DNA of 63,391 nucleotides, filler included. It is 13 parts of 13 records of this genome, joined end to end, with 100 filler letters (N's around TTAATTAATTAA, not from the genome) between each part and the next. Parts side by side here need not be neighbours in the genome. Positions count along the whole stretch, not along the records: positions 31,368 to 35,196 come from SRR20825014_108; positions 35,297 to 40,244 come from SRR20825014_118; positions 40,345 to 45,142 come from SRR20825014_124; 10 more parts are not named here. One strand, written 5' to 3'. Position numbers and translations under genes: made by a program. The notes beneath the pieces were generated by a model that saw only the letters and a program-made list of their open reading frames with translations, had not been told where the DNA came from and ran no database searches. Of the stretch, positions 31,463 through 42,166 are shown piece by piece (position 1 is the first letter of the stretch; each line of letters opens with the position of its first letter).

Positions 31463-32377
31463 TCAATTAAACGACTGTCGATATTCCATAGGTGTTTGCA
31501 TAGTATTTTTTTTAAATAACTTACTGAAGGATTGAGAATATCCAAACCCCAACTGATAAGCAATTTCACCAACTGATAAATTTGTGGTAGATAATAATTC
31601 TTTTGCCCTTTCGATCAAATGATTTTGAATATATTGTTGTGTATTCTGCCCTGTCGTACTTCGTAGCTGGTCGCTTAAATAACTGGGTGAAAGATTTACT
31701 TCATTGGCTATACCCTGAACTGATGGCAAACCTTTATTTAGTGCTGTTTCAGTATTAAAATAGTTGTTAAGGATTGCTTCTAATTGAACCAACAAGTCAT
31801 TATTTACAGCTTTGCGTGTCAAAAATTGCCGATTGTAAAAGCGGTTAGAATAATTGAGTAACAGATCTAAATGCGACACAATTACATCTTGACTATAATG
31901 GTCAATATTGTTGTTTAATTCATTTTGCATTTGCACCAACAAAGAGGATATGATGGTATCCTCCTTGGCGGAAAGGTGCAAAGCTTCTGAAACGGAATAG
32001 TCAAAAAAGCCATAGTTATTGATGTTTTTACCTAAGGGGTAAGGGCGAATTAGATCAGTTTTAAATACCAACATAAAACCTGTAACAGGATTGTTATTTG
32101 TTGCTGTTACCGAAAATACTTGTCCTGGTTTGGTAAAGGTCATCATACCTTCTTGGAAATCATAACCCTGTTGTCCGTACTTGAAATTTCCATTGCCTCC
32201 TTTTTTAAGGGTGATGCAATAAAAATCATTGGTGAAATGCTTCCAAATATCACTGTGTTTATAACTCAGCAATTCAAAATCAATCACACTTACCAACGGG
32301 TGTTCAGGCTTTTGTAAGCCAAATAATTTATGCAGTTCTGAAATGGACTGAATTTTATGAGGAGCAGCATTTTTCAT
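31463..32377 (-). CDS. AraC-family transcriptional regulator
   Basis: HPLVSVI, FFDYSVSEALHLS, C-terminal EIAYQLGFGYSQSFSKLFKK. Confidence 0.93.
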   Translation of the reverse strand: MKNAAPHKIQSISELHKLFGLQKPEHPLVSVIDFELLSYKHSDIWKHFTNDFYCITLKKGGNGNFKYGQQGYDFQEGMMTFTKPGQVFSVTATNNNPVTGFMLVFKTDLIRPYPLGKNINNYGFFDYSVSEALHLSAKEDTIISSLLVQMQNELNNNIDHYSQDVIVSHLDLLLNYSNRFYNRQFLTRKAVNNDLLVQLEAILNNYFNTETALNKGLPSVQGIANEVNLSPSYLSDQLRSTTGQNTQQYIQNHLIERAKELLSTTNLSVGEIAYQLGFGYSQSFSKLFKKNTMQTPMEYRQSFN

Positions 32378-32384
32378 TCAATAA

Positions 32385-33218
32385 CTATTGAAAATCTGTT
32401 GATAAAGATAAGTTTTTCCATTCTTCCAGTTCTTTTTGCTCGTTGTCACGTATCGCTAAAATGGCATTGTAACTGTCTGAACCTAGAGGAAGATGTAATG
32501 GTGGATTAGACATTTTAGTGATTTTAAGTAGTACTTCTGCCAATTTTTTAGGATCGCCTAATTGTTTGCCATCAAATCCCGTAAATAGTTCAACCTGTTT
32601 GTCTAAATTATATACATCAATTTTATTTTTCACAACGTTTAGATTACTTGGATTCATAAAATTCGTACGGAATGATCCTGGTGCAAGAATCGTTACTTTT
32701 ATCCCAAAAGGAGCAACTTCTTGTGCAAGGGCTTCTGATAGTCCGATAACTGCATATTTAGACGCACTGTAGCTTCCGTTACCGGGATAACTCGTGTAGC
32801 CCATCATAGATGAAGTATTGATAATATGACCTGATTTTTGCCTACGTAAATGTGGCAATACTTTCCTAATGATATTGGCTAATCCAAAAACATTTACATT
32901 CATTGTTTCCTTAAACTCTGCATCACTTAGTTCTTCAACATTTCCTAGAAGATTATATCCTGCATTATTCACCACAACATCTATTTGACCAAATTTCTCT
33001 ATGCTTTTTGAAATGGCGTGATCAACATCTTTTTCTTTAGTGATGTCTAACTTTAGAAGAAGTACATTCCCCTTGTAATTAGGAACTTCTTCTGAAAGCG
33101 TTTCCGAATCTCTAGTAGTTGCTATTACTTTATCTCCATTATTTAATACTGCTTTTGTAATCTCAAGCCCCATACCCTTAGAAGACCCTGTAATAAACCA
33201 TACTTTTTGCTTGCTCAT
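32385..33218 (-). CDS. Short-chain dehydrogenase/reductase
   Basis: TGSSKGMG, NNAG, YSASK. Confidence 0.93.
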   Translation of the reverse strand: MSKQKVWFITGSSKGMGLEITKAVLNNGDKVIATTRDSETLSEEVPNYKGNVLLLKLDITKEKDVDHAISKSIEKFGQIDVVVNNAGYNLLGNVEELSDAEFKETMNVNVFGLANIIRKVLPHLRRQKSGHIINTSSMMGYTSYPGNGSYSASKYAVIGLSEALAQEVAPFGIKVTILAPGSFRTNFMNPSNLNVVKNKIDVYNLDKQVELFTGFDGKQLGDPKKLAEVLLKITKMSNPPLHLPLGSDSYNAILAIRDNEQKELEEWKNLSLSTDFQ

Positions 33219-33270
33219 ATTTTTTTGTTTTTTAATTATGATGTAAAGTTCTGCAAGCGTTTTTATTTAC

Positions 33271-33301
33271 TTGTGTTCCAATCAAGGATTGTTGTGTTCA
33301 A
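33271..33301. promoter_or_regulatory. Putative AraC tandem binding site upstream of the SDR
   Basis: TTGTGTTCCA (33271) and TTGTGTTCAA (33292), 21-bp spacing. Confidence 0.5.
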
Positions 33302-33377
33302 GTTCGGGATGTCAGCTTTGGCATTACCGCTAACTATTAACTCAAAAGAGACAAAGTTTTAAATTTGTGGATGATTT

Positions 33378-33452
33378 AATTTTAAAATTTGAAAATGTAA
33401 AATAAGGAATAAAAATCTTCGGACTTCGGACTTCGGACTCCTGACCTTTTCT
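33378..33452. repeat. Direct repeat copy 2 with tandem heptamers (CTTCGGA)3 CTCCTGA
   Basis: Aligns with 31369-31436; heptamer number differs between copies. Confidence 0.85.
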
Positions 33453-33469
33453 CTCTATTCTTTATATTT

Positions 33470-33868
33470 TCAACTATCAACCTTTTTCGGAGTGTCCAAT
33501 GTTCCTTCTTCTTTATAATCGTCAATATCTCGACGGTCTTTTTTTGTAGGTCTTCCAGTTCCCTTTTTTCTATAATAATCTTTAGAATATTTTAGAAGGT
33601 CTACATGTTCAAAAGCCTCTTTAGGAGTGGTGTCTTTTCGGTAAATATCGACCAACTTAGCACCAACGCGATTTTCAGGGATGTCTAAAACCTTGATTGT
33701 ATAGTTAATTTGATTCTTGCGGAGCTCTATTTTATCAGAAGGAAAAACATCGCGAGAAGGCTTTACTTTTTGCTCGTTAATTTTAACGTGCCCCTTTTTA
33801 CAGGCTTCAGTAGCCATATTTCGGGTTTTAAAATACCGAATACACCATAAATACTTATCAATACGCAT
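33470..33868 (-). CDS. hslR: S4-domain ribosome-associated heat-shock protein Hsp15
   Basis: MRIDKYLWCIRYFKTR, GRPTKKDRR. Confidence 0.88.
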   Translation of the reverse strand: MRIDKYLWCIRYFKTRNMATEACKKGHVKINEQKVKPSRDVFPSDKIELRKNQINYTIKVLDIPENRVGAKLVDIYRKDTTPKEAFEHVDLLKYSKDYYRKKGTGRPTKKDRRDIDDYKEEGTLDTPKKVDS

Positions 33869-33978
33869 AACACTAATTAAAAAATTTCGTTAATGGGTAA
33901 AGCAAAAATACTAGAAAATAGTATCTTGCGCACCTGAATTTGTGGAATATATAAATATAGATACTAAAAGCAAGATTG

Positions 33979-34917
33979 ATGAAGATTAAATTTATAATAC
34001 CTATTTTATTATTGGCCTGTACTTTTTTTACAATCTCATGTAATAATGACGATGATGGAGGAGATACAATAGAGGTAAGAGACGTTGCTGAAGTTGAAGC
34101 TGAAGATGATGCTGAGTTACAGTTGTATTTGCAAACTCATTTTTATAATTATGAAGAGTTTCAAAACCCTCCTGCCGACTTTGATTATAAAATTGTATTT
34201 GATACGATTGCAGGGGCTAATGCTGATAAAACTCCATTGATAGAACAAGTTGATCAGAAATTGATGGATTTTCAAGATGTATCTCATACTTTGTACTATT
34301 TAATAGCACGTCAAGGTGTTGGTGAAAGTCCAGCTCTGGGGCATCAAGTAATTACAAGATATGAGGGGAGTTTAATTGATGGGGAAGTTTTTGATGTTTC
34401 CAATGTAGAAGTAAGATTTAGTACATTAAGTGTTGTTGCTGGTTTTGGGTCTGTTTTCCCAGAACTAAAAGTAGGAACATCTTTTACTGAAAATACAGAC
34501 GGAACATTAGAATGGACTCAAGATTATGGAGTAGGAGCTGTTTTTATGCCTTCTGGGTTAGGGTATTTTAGCACAGCTCAGTCTGGAATTCCAGCATATA
34601 GTCCACTTATTTTTAAAGTAGATATGCTTCAATTTAATGAGCTAGATGAAGATATTGTATATATTTCTTCTTCTCAAACAGCTGCTTCTCCAGACGGAAT
34701 TCCTTCTCATTTAGAAGATGTAGATGGAGATGGAGACCCAAGAAACGATGATACCGACGGAGATGGAATTCCTAATTATTTAGATGCCGATGATGATGGA
34801 GATGGTGTTTTAACAAAAGCGGAATATGATTATGATGAAGATGGAGTTGTAGACGATTCAGACGGGGATGGTGTTCCAGATTATTTAGATCCAGATTCTC
34901 GAATTGAAGGTAATTAA
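33979..34917 (+). CDS. FKBP-type peptidyl-prolyl isomerase lipoprotein with C-terminal Ca-binding DxDGDG repeats
   Basis: ISC lipobox, [27 protein letters not shown], repeated [12 protein letters not shown]. Confidence 0.88.
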   Translation: MKIKFIIPILLLACTFFTISCNNDDDGGDTIEVRDVAEVEAEDDAELQLYLQTHFYNYEEFQNPPADFDYKIVFDTIAGANADKTPLIEQVDQKLMDFQDVSHTLYYLIARQGVGESPALGHQVITRYEGSLIDGEVFDVSNVEVRFSTLSVVAGFGSVFPELKVGTSFTENTDGTLEWTQDYGVGAVFMPSGLGYFSTAQSGIPAYSPLIFKVDMLQFNELDEDIVYISSSQTAASPDGIPSHLEDVDGDGDPRNDDTDGDGIPNYLDADDDGDGVLTKAEYDYDEDGVVDDSDGDGVPDYLDPDSRIEGN

Positions 34918-35296
34918 TTTTTCTAGAGGTTTTAATTCTATTAAGATCACTCTAGCTAAGTTTAAGCTTAACGTAGAAAAGAGTTACATATATGTTAAAG
35001 TGAATTGGGTATAAGAATTATGAATATAGAAGAAAACTGACCTATTTAAAAAGTATTGAAAAATCAAGGAAGCAGCAGTATGGTATTATAGATAAAAAGC
35101 TGTTTGAGCATAGCGAATTCTTTTTATCTATGGAGGGTGTTCCCGTAGATTTTCTTATGCTTTTTTAATCAGTCTTGACTTTTTTGTTTCGTTTTTNNNN
35201 NNNNNNNNNNNNNNNNNNNNNNNNNNNNNNNNNNNNNNNNTTAATTAATTAANNNNNNNNNNNNNNNNNNNNNNNNNNNNNNNNNNNNNNNNNNNN

Positions 35297-36767
35297 CAAG
35301 GAAGCCGCTATCGGGCTCCACCTGCAGCAGCACCTTGTGGTTGTTGTTGGAGAAGGCACCGGACAGCATGGGTAGGAGCTCGTTCTTTGGGTCGGCGGCG
35401 ATCTTCTTGAGGGTGGGTACCGAGTTAAGGTACCCAAGGGTGCTGTGGTGGGACTTGACCAGGGACATAGCAGTAAGACCGATGACGATGTTCACACCGT
35501 AGCCAGAGTCCTTATGGCGCTGTTGGAGTGTTTCCCTGAAGACCATAGCATCCACACGACGCTGGTCGAAACCATTCTCGGCAACCTCCTGGAAGGTACG
35601 CTCCACGATCGCCTCTACCTCAGTAGCGGCATCCTTACGGGTGGAGGAGATACCCTGGAGACCGAAGGCCAATACGGGGGTAGATAGCCAGGAGGAATAC
35701 CCCGACCCAGCGGCATACTTGGTACCAATCTGGGGCTCGATGAGGGCCTTGTACAGGGGGGAGGATGGGCCGGAGCTGAGGAGGTCCGAAAGGGCCTCAA
35801 GCTTCACCAAACCCTCAGCACTGTCGAGGTCCTCGGGAATAGCAGCAGCAATGGATACAGCGACCTGTGCCTCGGCGTTACCGTACAGGTCAAGGGGACC
35901 AGTGGTGTGGAGGGTAGTCTTGGAGCCGTGGTACTTAGCCAGACGGGGAATGACGACGGGGTCAACGGGTTCGAAGGCACTGAAGTACTCGTCGAGGTGC
36001 TTCATGTGGGCCTCTTGGTTCTCACTTCCATAGGTCATACAGACACTGTTGGAGGGGTGGTAGTGACGCTTGTGGTACTGCACCAACTCCTCGTGTGTAA
36101 GGTCGAGAATCTTGGGGGGGAAGCCGCCGGAGAGGTACTCGTAGTGGGTGCCGGGGAGGGTCTTGGCATAGAGCTTTTGGGTGAAGTGCCGCTGAGGATC
36201 GCTCATAACGCCCTTCATCTCGTTGAAAACAACGCCGTTGAACTCAACCTGTTGCTTCTCCTCACCAGTGGCCTCGTCCTTGACCAGCTGGAGGCGATGG
36301 CCCTCTTGGCTGAAGTCCTCGGGGCGTAGGAGGGGGTGTAGCACGGCATCAAGGTATACATCCAGTAGGTTCTTGAAGTCGACCGCATTGGCAGTAGCGA
36401 AGGGGTACAGGGTGTAATCGGCACCGGTCATGGCGTTCATGAAGTTGGCCAGGGTGCGACCATTGTGCATGGTGAAGAAGGGGTCCCGCACAGGGTACTT
36501 ACGGCTACCGCATAGTACTGTGTGCTCCAATACGTGGGTGGTGCCCTTGTCGTTGGGGGCGGGGGTACGGAACCCGATGCAGAAGGCATTGTTGCGGTCG
36601 GGGGTGTCGTAGTGGTAGTAGACAGCGTTGGTCTTGGTGTGTACGTACTTGTACCCTACCAAGTTGAGCTCCTCCACGTCCCTCATCTCGACACATTTAA
36701 AGTTGTGAATGGCGGCGCCACCCACGGTGTGCTTGGCCAACAATGTGGAGCGACCAGCACGCATCAT
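35297..36767 (-). CDS. Mitochondrial presequence protease (M16C, PreP/Cym1-like), 3'-truncated, eukaryotic
   Basis: HVLEHTVLCGSRKYPVRDPFF, FMNAMT, GVVFNEMKG, YHPSN; short Arg-rich targeting peptide MMRAGRS. Confidence 0.92.
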
Positions 36768-36783
36768 CTCACCTAATGTGGAT

Positions 36784-36820
36784 CTATAAAATTATTAAAA
36801 AGTCGGGGAGAAACGGAACA
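36784..36820 (-). promoter_or_regulatory. Polypyrimidine tract + AG, putative trans-splice acceptor
   Basis: Minus strand TGTTCCGTTTCTCCCCGACTTTTTAATAATTTTATAG, 16 nt before the ATG. Confidence 0.55.
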
Positions 36821-37046
36821 CATTCAGAACAGACGATAATAACGTTCAAATCAAATAGAAATGAGCACATCTACAATAATGTTGATGGCGCTTTTCGTGT
36901 GTTTTTTAATTCATCTCTTCAGCGTAATTGAGACAAACCTTGGTGTGGTGTTGTGGTATTAATGTAAATTGCATTATGTTATTGGTAGATAGAGGGGAGG
37001 ACAGCGTAGTAGTGATGTTGGGGGTCGAAGGAAAGCATACGCTTCA

Positions 37047-40000
37047 CTAGTCGTAAGCGAGGATGGATCCGAGGTTGCGCTCGGTCTCCTCGAGGGTCTC
37101 ACCCTTACGGGCAGAGTAGTCCATAACCTGGTCCTTGAGAATCTTACCCACAGCGAAGTACTTAGACTGGGGGTGGGTGAAGACAAGGGCGGAGACGGAG
37201 GCGGCGGGGTACATAGACTGGCTGTCAGTGAGCTTAACACCGCAACGAGCCTCGACATCACCGATGGTCCACATGGTGACCTTCTCGGTGTGATCGGGCT
37301 GGGAGGGGTAGCCAGGGGCAGGGCGGATACCCTGGTACTGGAGCTTAAGTAGGTCAGAAGTCTCGGAGGCCTCCTTGACAACGAAGCCCCAGTAGTCGGT
37401 ACGGACGATGCGATGGAGCTCCTCGGCAAAGGCCTCGGCGAGACGATCGGCAAGGGCCTTGATCATGATGGAGCGGTAGCTATCGTTCTCCTTCTCGTAC
37501 CTGGCGCTGAGCTCCTCGGCTCCGAACACACCGACGACAAGGCTGGCCATGTAATCATCGGCGACACCCTTGGGGGCAATGAAGTCGGAGAGGCACATGT
37601 AAGAGTCCTCGGTCTCCTTCTCGGCCTGCTGGCGGAGACCGTGGAAGGTACCGCGGACGGTGGAGCGGGTCTCGTCATCGTAGACCTGGATGTCATCACC
37701 GACGGCGTTGGCGGGGAAGATGGCGACGGTACCACGGGCCTTGAGCTGGCGGGTAGAGACGATATCCTTGAGCATGTCCTGGGCCTCCTCGAACAGCTTC
37801 TTGGCCTCGGAACCGACGTGGGGGCAGTTGAAAAGACGAGGGTAGTCACGGTTGGGGTACTTACCACGGATCTGCCAGACCTGGAAGAAGGGGTTCCAAT
37901 CAATACGATCGACGAGCTGATCAAGGGGGAAGTCATCGATGGTGATGATACCATGCTTGTTGGGCTTGCGGACGGGGGGCTTGTTGGCCCAGTCGATCTT
38001 GGGGCCGAGGGCGCGGGCCTGGAGGAGGGTCTTGTAGACACGGTCCTTCTGGGAGTCGAGGTACTCCTCACGGATCTCGTCGTATGTCTCGTAGATCTCG
38101 TCAAGGAACTCCTGCTTGTTCTTGCCAAGGAGGGAAGAGACAACGACGACGGACTTACTGGCATCGACAACGTGAACGCAGTCCCTAAGCTGGGGCTGGA
38201 TCTTGACGGCAGTGTGCATCTTGGAGGTGGTGGCACCGCCGATGAGGAGGGGGACAGTGATGCCATTGCGCTTCATTGTCTTGGCAACGTGGACCATCTC
38301 GTCGAGGGAGGGGGTGATGAGACCGGAGAGACCAATGATATCGGCGTTCTCAGCCTTGGCAGCGGCCATAATCTTCTCGCAGGAGCACATGACACCGAGG
38401 TCGACAACATCGTAGTTGTTGCATCCGAGGACGACACCAACGATGTTCTTTCCAATGTCATGGACATCACCCTTAACGGTGGCGAGGATGACCTTCCCGT
38501 TGGCCTTCTGGACGGCCTGGAGGGACTTCTCCTTCTCCATGTAGGGGGTAAGGATGGCGACAGCCTTCTTCATGACACGGGCGCTCTTGATGACCTGAGG
38601 GAGGAACATCTGTCCCTTTCCGAAGAGATCTCCGACCTCGCTCATACCGTCCATAAGGGGACCCTCAATGATCTCAAGGGGGCGGGCAAACTTACCGCAG
38701 GTACGGGCCTCCTCAACATCATTGTCGATGAACTCGACGATACCCTTCACGAGGGCGTGCTGAAGGCGGGCCTCGACGGTGCGGGAACGCCACTCGTCGA
38801 CCTTAACCTCCTTGGCATCGGCACCACCCATACCAGTGCTCTTGAGCTCCTCGGCGTAGGTGACGAGGGCCTCGGAGGCATCGGAGTTACGGTTGAAGAT
38901 GGCATCCTCAACGAGACCGAGGAGCTTGGGATCGATGTCAGTGTATACGGGCAGGGCACCGGCGTTGACAATGGCCATATCCATCCAGCGGTTCTGGATG
39001 GCGTGGTTGAGGAAAGCACTGTGCATAGCCATGCGGATCTTCTCAAGACCACGGAAGGAGAAGGACAGGTTAGAGAGTCCTCCGCTGACCTTAGCGTAGG
39101 GGAGGTTCTCCTTAATCCACTGGGAGGCGCGGAGGAGGTCGACACCGTAGTTGTTGTGCTCCTCCATACCAGTGCAGATAGTGAGAACGTTGGGATCGAA
39201 GATAATGTCCTCGGGGGGGAAGTCGATGGTCATCAGGAGGTCGTAGGTACGCTTGCAGATACGGATCTTGTTCTCGTAGTCGGCAGCCTGACCGTCCTCG
39301 TCGAAGGCCATGCACACGACGGCGGCACCGTAGCGACGGATGATCTTTGCCTGCTCGAGGAACTCAGCCTCTCCCACCTTGAGGGAGATGGAGTTGACGA
39401 TAGCCTTACCCTGGGTGCACTTGAGTCCGGCCTCAATGACGTGGAACTTGGAGGAGTCAATCATGAGGGGGGCACGGGCCACATCGGGATCAGAGGCCAG
39501 GAGGTTGATGAACTTAGTCATGGCGACAACACCGTCAATAAGACCGTCGTCCATGTTGACATCGATGATCATGGCTCCCTCCTCGACCTGCTTACGGGCG
39601 ACGGCGAGTCCGGCCTCGTAGTTTCCCTCCTTGATGAGACGCTTGAAGGCGATAGATCCGCTGAGGTTGCAACGCTCTCCGACGTTGGCGAAGACGATCT
39701 CGGGGGTGAAGCGGACGGGCTCAAGACCGGCGAGGGTCATGATGTGGTGGATCTTACCCTTAGGGCGAGGCTTGATGGTCTTGAGGGTGTCGGACATGGC
39801 CTTAATGTGGGCGGGGGTGGTACCGCAGCAACCTCCGACGATGTTGAGCCATCCGTTCTCGGCATAGCGGCCAAGGGTGGTAGACATCTCCTCGGGGGTC
39901 TCGTCATAGCCTCCCATGGCGTTGGGAAGTCCGGCGTTGGGGTAACAACTAGTGTAGTATTCGCTGAGGCCGGACATGCGCTCCACATAGGGGCCCATCT

Positions 40001-40244
40001 CCTCACATCCGAGGGCACAGTTGATACCAGCGCAGAAGATGTTGGCGTGACGGATGGAGGCGTAGAAGGCGTCCATGGTCTGACCGGAGAGGGTACGGCC
40101 GGAGAGATCGGTGATAGTTCCACTGATCATGATGGGAACACGGGGGTACACACCATCTTCGAAGAGCTTGTTGACGGCGAAGGCGGCAGCCTTGCAGTTG
40201 AGGGTATCGAAGACAGTCTCGATGAGGATGATGTCAACACCTCC
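37047..40244 (-). CDS. metH: Cobalamin-dependent methionine synthase, 5'-truncated, eukaryotic, intronless
   Basis: [29 protein letters not shown] (B12 DxHxxG), RPAPGYP. Confidence 0.96.
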   Translation of the reverse strand, partial: GGVDIILIETVFDTLNCKAAAFAVNKLFEDGVYPRVPIMISGTITDLSGRTLSGQTMDAFYASIRHANIFCAGINCALGCEEMGPYVERMSGLSEYYTSCYPNAGLPNAMGGYDETPEEMSTTLGRYAENGWLNIVGGCCGTTPAHIKAMSDTLKTIKPRPKGKIHHIMTLAGLEPVRFTPEIVFANVGERCNLSGSIAFKRLIKEGNYEAGLAVARKQVEEGAMIIDVNMDDGLIDGVVAMTKFINLLASDPDVARAPLMIDSSKFHVIEAGLKCTQGKAIVNSISLKVGEAEFLEQAKIIRRYGAAVVCMAFDEDGQAADYENKIRICKRTYDLLMTIDFPPEDIIFDPNVLTICTGMEEHNNYGVDLLRASQWIKENLPYAKVSGGLSNLSFSFRGLEKIRMAMHSAFLNHAIQNRWMDMAIVNAGALPVYTDIDPKLLGLVEDAIFNRNSDASEALVTYAEELKSTGMGGADAKEVKVDEWRSRTVEARLQHALVKGIVEFIDNDVEEARTCGKFARPLEIIEGPLMDGMSEVGDLFGKGQMFLPQVIKSARVMKKAVAILTPYMEKEKSLQAVQKANGKVILATVKGDVHDIGKNIVGVVLGCNNYDVVDLGVMCSCEKIMAAAKAENADIIGLSGLITPSLDEMVHVAKTMKRNGITVPLLIGGATTSKMHTAVKIQPQLRDCVHVVDASKSVVVVSSLLGKNKQEFLDEIYETYDEIREEYLDSQKDRVYKTLLQARALGPKIDWANKPPVRKPNKHGIITIDDFPLDQLVDRIDWNPFFQVWQIRGKYPNRDYPRLFNCPHVGSEAKKLFEEAQDMLKDIVSTRQLKARGTVAIFPANAVGDDIQVYDDETRSTVRGTFHGLRQQAEKETEDSYMCLSDFIAPKGVADDYMASLVVGVFGAEELSARYEKENDSYRSIMIKALADRLAEAFAEELHRIVRTDYWGFVVKEASETSDLLKLQYQGIRPAPGYPSQPDHTEKVTMWTIGDVEARCGVKLTDSQSMYPAASVSALVFTHPQSKYFAVGKILKDQVMDYSARKGETLEETERNLGSILAYD

Positions 40245-40344
40245 NNNNNNNNNNNNNNNNNNNNNNNNNNNNNNNNNNNNNNNNNNNNTTAATTAATTAA
40301 NNNNNNNNNNNNNNNNNNNNNNNNNNNNNNNNNNNNNNNNNNNN

Positions 40345-41058
40345 GCCGGTCGGGATGCTGGTCGGGTGGTTGTTCCCGGCCTGCTTGGCAACCTCTCCGC
40401 TCATGGTCCAGCGCGAGGCCTGGAAGTCGAGCATGAAGATTTGCGCCTGAAGCAGGGAGGTATGGACCCACTGGCCCTTGCCGGAAGCTTCCCGCTCCAG
40501 CAGGGCCACCATGATGCCCTGGGAGGCGAAAATACCGGCGGTCAGGTCCGCGACGGGGATGCCGACACGCATCGGGCCCTCGCCGGGGGCGCCGGTGATC
40601 GACATCAACCCGCCCATGCCCTGCGCGATCTGGTCGAAGCCGGGGCGCTTGGCGTAGGGGCCGTCCTGTCCGAAGCCGGAGATCGAGGCATAGACCAGGC
40701 CGGGATTGTCCTTCGCCAGCGTTTCGTAGTCGATGCCGAGGCGCTGTTTCACGTCGGGCCGGAAATTCTCGACGATGACATCGGCCGTCTTCGCCAGCTT
40801 CCTGAACAGCGCAAGGCCTTCCGGGTCCTTCAGGTTCAGGGTCATTGCCCGCTTGTTGCGGTGCAGGTTCTGGAAGTCGGAGCCGCTGCGGGCGCCGCCA
40901 AGCTGGTTGCCGGCCTCCATCGCTTCCGGCAGCTCGATCTTGATCACATTCGCACCCCAGTCGGCGAGCTGGCGCACGCAGGTCGGCCCGGAACGGACGC
41001 GGGTCAGGTCGAGCACGGTGAATCGGGAGAGCGCTTCGGAGGCATGGATGGCAGGCAT
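40345..41058 (-). CDS. CaiB/BaiF family III CoA transferase, 3'-truncated
   Basis: VLDLTRVRSGP, ADVIVENFRP, SGFGQDGP. Confidence 0.92.
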
Positions 41059-41169
41059 TGATTACTCCCTGAGAGCTGAATTTTTATCGTTGTGGCCGTT
41101 TGGCGCGCGACTGTTTCATCTCGTCGCTACGAGCAGGATAGAGCAGATGGAAAAAATACACTCCATGGC

Positions 41170-41198
41170 CTCGAAATCACCATAAAGCGTTCCTATAT
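41170..41198 (+). promoter_or_regulatory. Alphaproteobacterial RpoH/RpoD-type promoter
   Basis: CTCGAA-N16-CCTATAT, one mismatch to CTTGAA-N16-CCTATAT. Confidence 0.5.
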
Positions 41199-41204
41199 TT
41201 TTCA

Positions 41205-41344
41205 TATACCGGCAGTCCCCCGGTAAACCGACTTGACGGACCTTCCGTCGAGAACTGGTCCCCTTCTCCGGTTCTTCATAGAGAGCCGGGAACTGGAAAG
41301 CGGCGTCACGTTCCCCTCCCCCACAGAACGGCGCCGCTTTTTTT
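41205..41344 (+). ncRNA. Candidate trans-acting sRNA with anti-Shine-Dalgarno loop
   Basis: Four successive hairpins; last one AAAGCGGCGTC..GTTC-CCCTCCCCCACA-GAAC.GGCGCCGCTTT followed by a T tract. Confidence 0.6.
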
Positions 41345-41467
41345 ATGCGTAATCCGGAAGGCGCTCACCTGAAATCACTTGGGCAGGACCTTGTGGCATC
41401 TTACCGCGTTGAGGCGGACGGCGGCCTCGCCTATGGTGTGCTGCACGTGTGCGAGGGCATTGCTTTC

Positions 41468-42166
41468 ATGGAATTTTTCGGCGATCACCGGTTTGAGGGC
41501 AGGGGGCTCGGCTGCCAGAGGGGCGGCCGCCTGGTATTTGATCGGCTGGATTTCACCCTCGCATCCGGTGGCGTGTTGATCCTGAAGGGGCCGAACGGCA
41601 GTGGTAAATCCAGCCTGCTGCGGACCATGGCAACGCTGGTCCGTCCGGCACGCGGCGCTCTTCTGTGGGACGGCGCGCCGGTCATGGACGATCCGCAAGC
41701 GCATGCCGGAAACCTGCATTATGTCGGCCATGCGGATGCAGCCAAGCCCGCGATGACGGCGGAAGAACTCCTGACTTTCTGGTCCGGCATGCGTGGCGGC
41801 AGCGGTGTCTCCGTGGCGGCGGCGCTGGAACATTTCGGTATCGGGCACCGTGCGGATTTTCCCGCCCGGTATCTCTCCTCCGGTCAGAAACGCAGATTGG
41901 CGCTGGCCCGCTTGCTGGTCAGCGAAGCGCCGCTCTGGATCCTGGACGAGCCGACCGTGGGGCTTGATGTCGATGGTGTCTCCGCGCTGGAAGCGGCCAT
42001 CGCAACGCATCGGACTCGCGGCGGGATGATCGTCGCGGCCACACATATCCGGTTCGAGGCCGGTGACGGCGTGTCCGAGCTTGATCTCCGCGCATTCGAG
42101 CCGTCCGCCGCCGATCTTGATGCGGCCTATGGCGCTCTCGGCGCGGCGTTCGAGGACGCGTTATGA
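41468..42166 (+). CDS. ccmA: Heme export ABC ATPase
   Basis: GPNGSGKS, LSSGQKRR, WILDEP; heads the ccm operon. Confidence 0.93.
   Translation: MEFFGDHRFEGRGLGCQRGGRLVFDRLDFTLASGGVLILKGPNGSGKSSLLRTMATLVRPARGALLWDGAPVMDDPQAHAGNLHYVGHADAAKPAMTAEELLTFWSGMRGGSGVSVAAALEHFGIGHRADFPARYLSSGQKRRLALARLLVSEAPLWILDEPTVGLDVDGVSALEAAIATHRTRGGMIVAATHIRFEAGDGVSELDLRAFEPSAADLDAAYGALGAAFEDAL

Noticed and set aside
35088-35131. ATAGATAAAAAG/CTTTTTATCTAT inverted repeat after the FKBP gene
   Set aside because: AT-rich arms, 20-nt loop, no supporting context near the contig end.
35297-40244. Alternative genetic code in the kinetoplastid-like contigs
   Set aside because: Long ORFs read through in the standard code and end at normal TAG/TAA.
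37413-40292. 959-aa plus-strand ORF antisense to metH
   Set aside because: Shadow ORF from strong codon bias (few TTA/CTA/TCA sense codons); no motifs; runs into the spacer.
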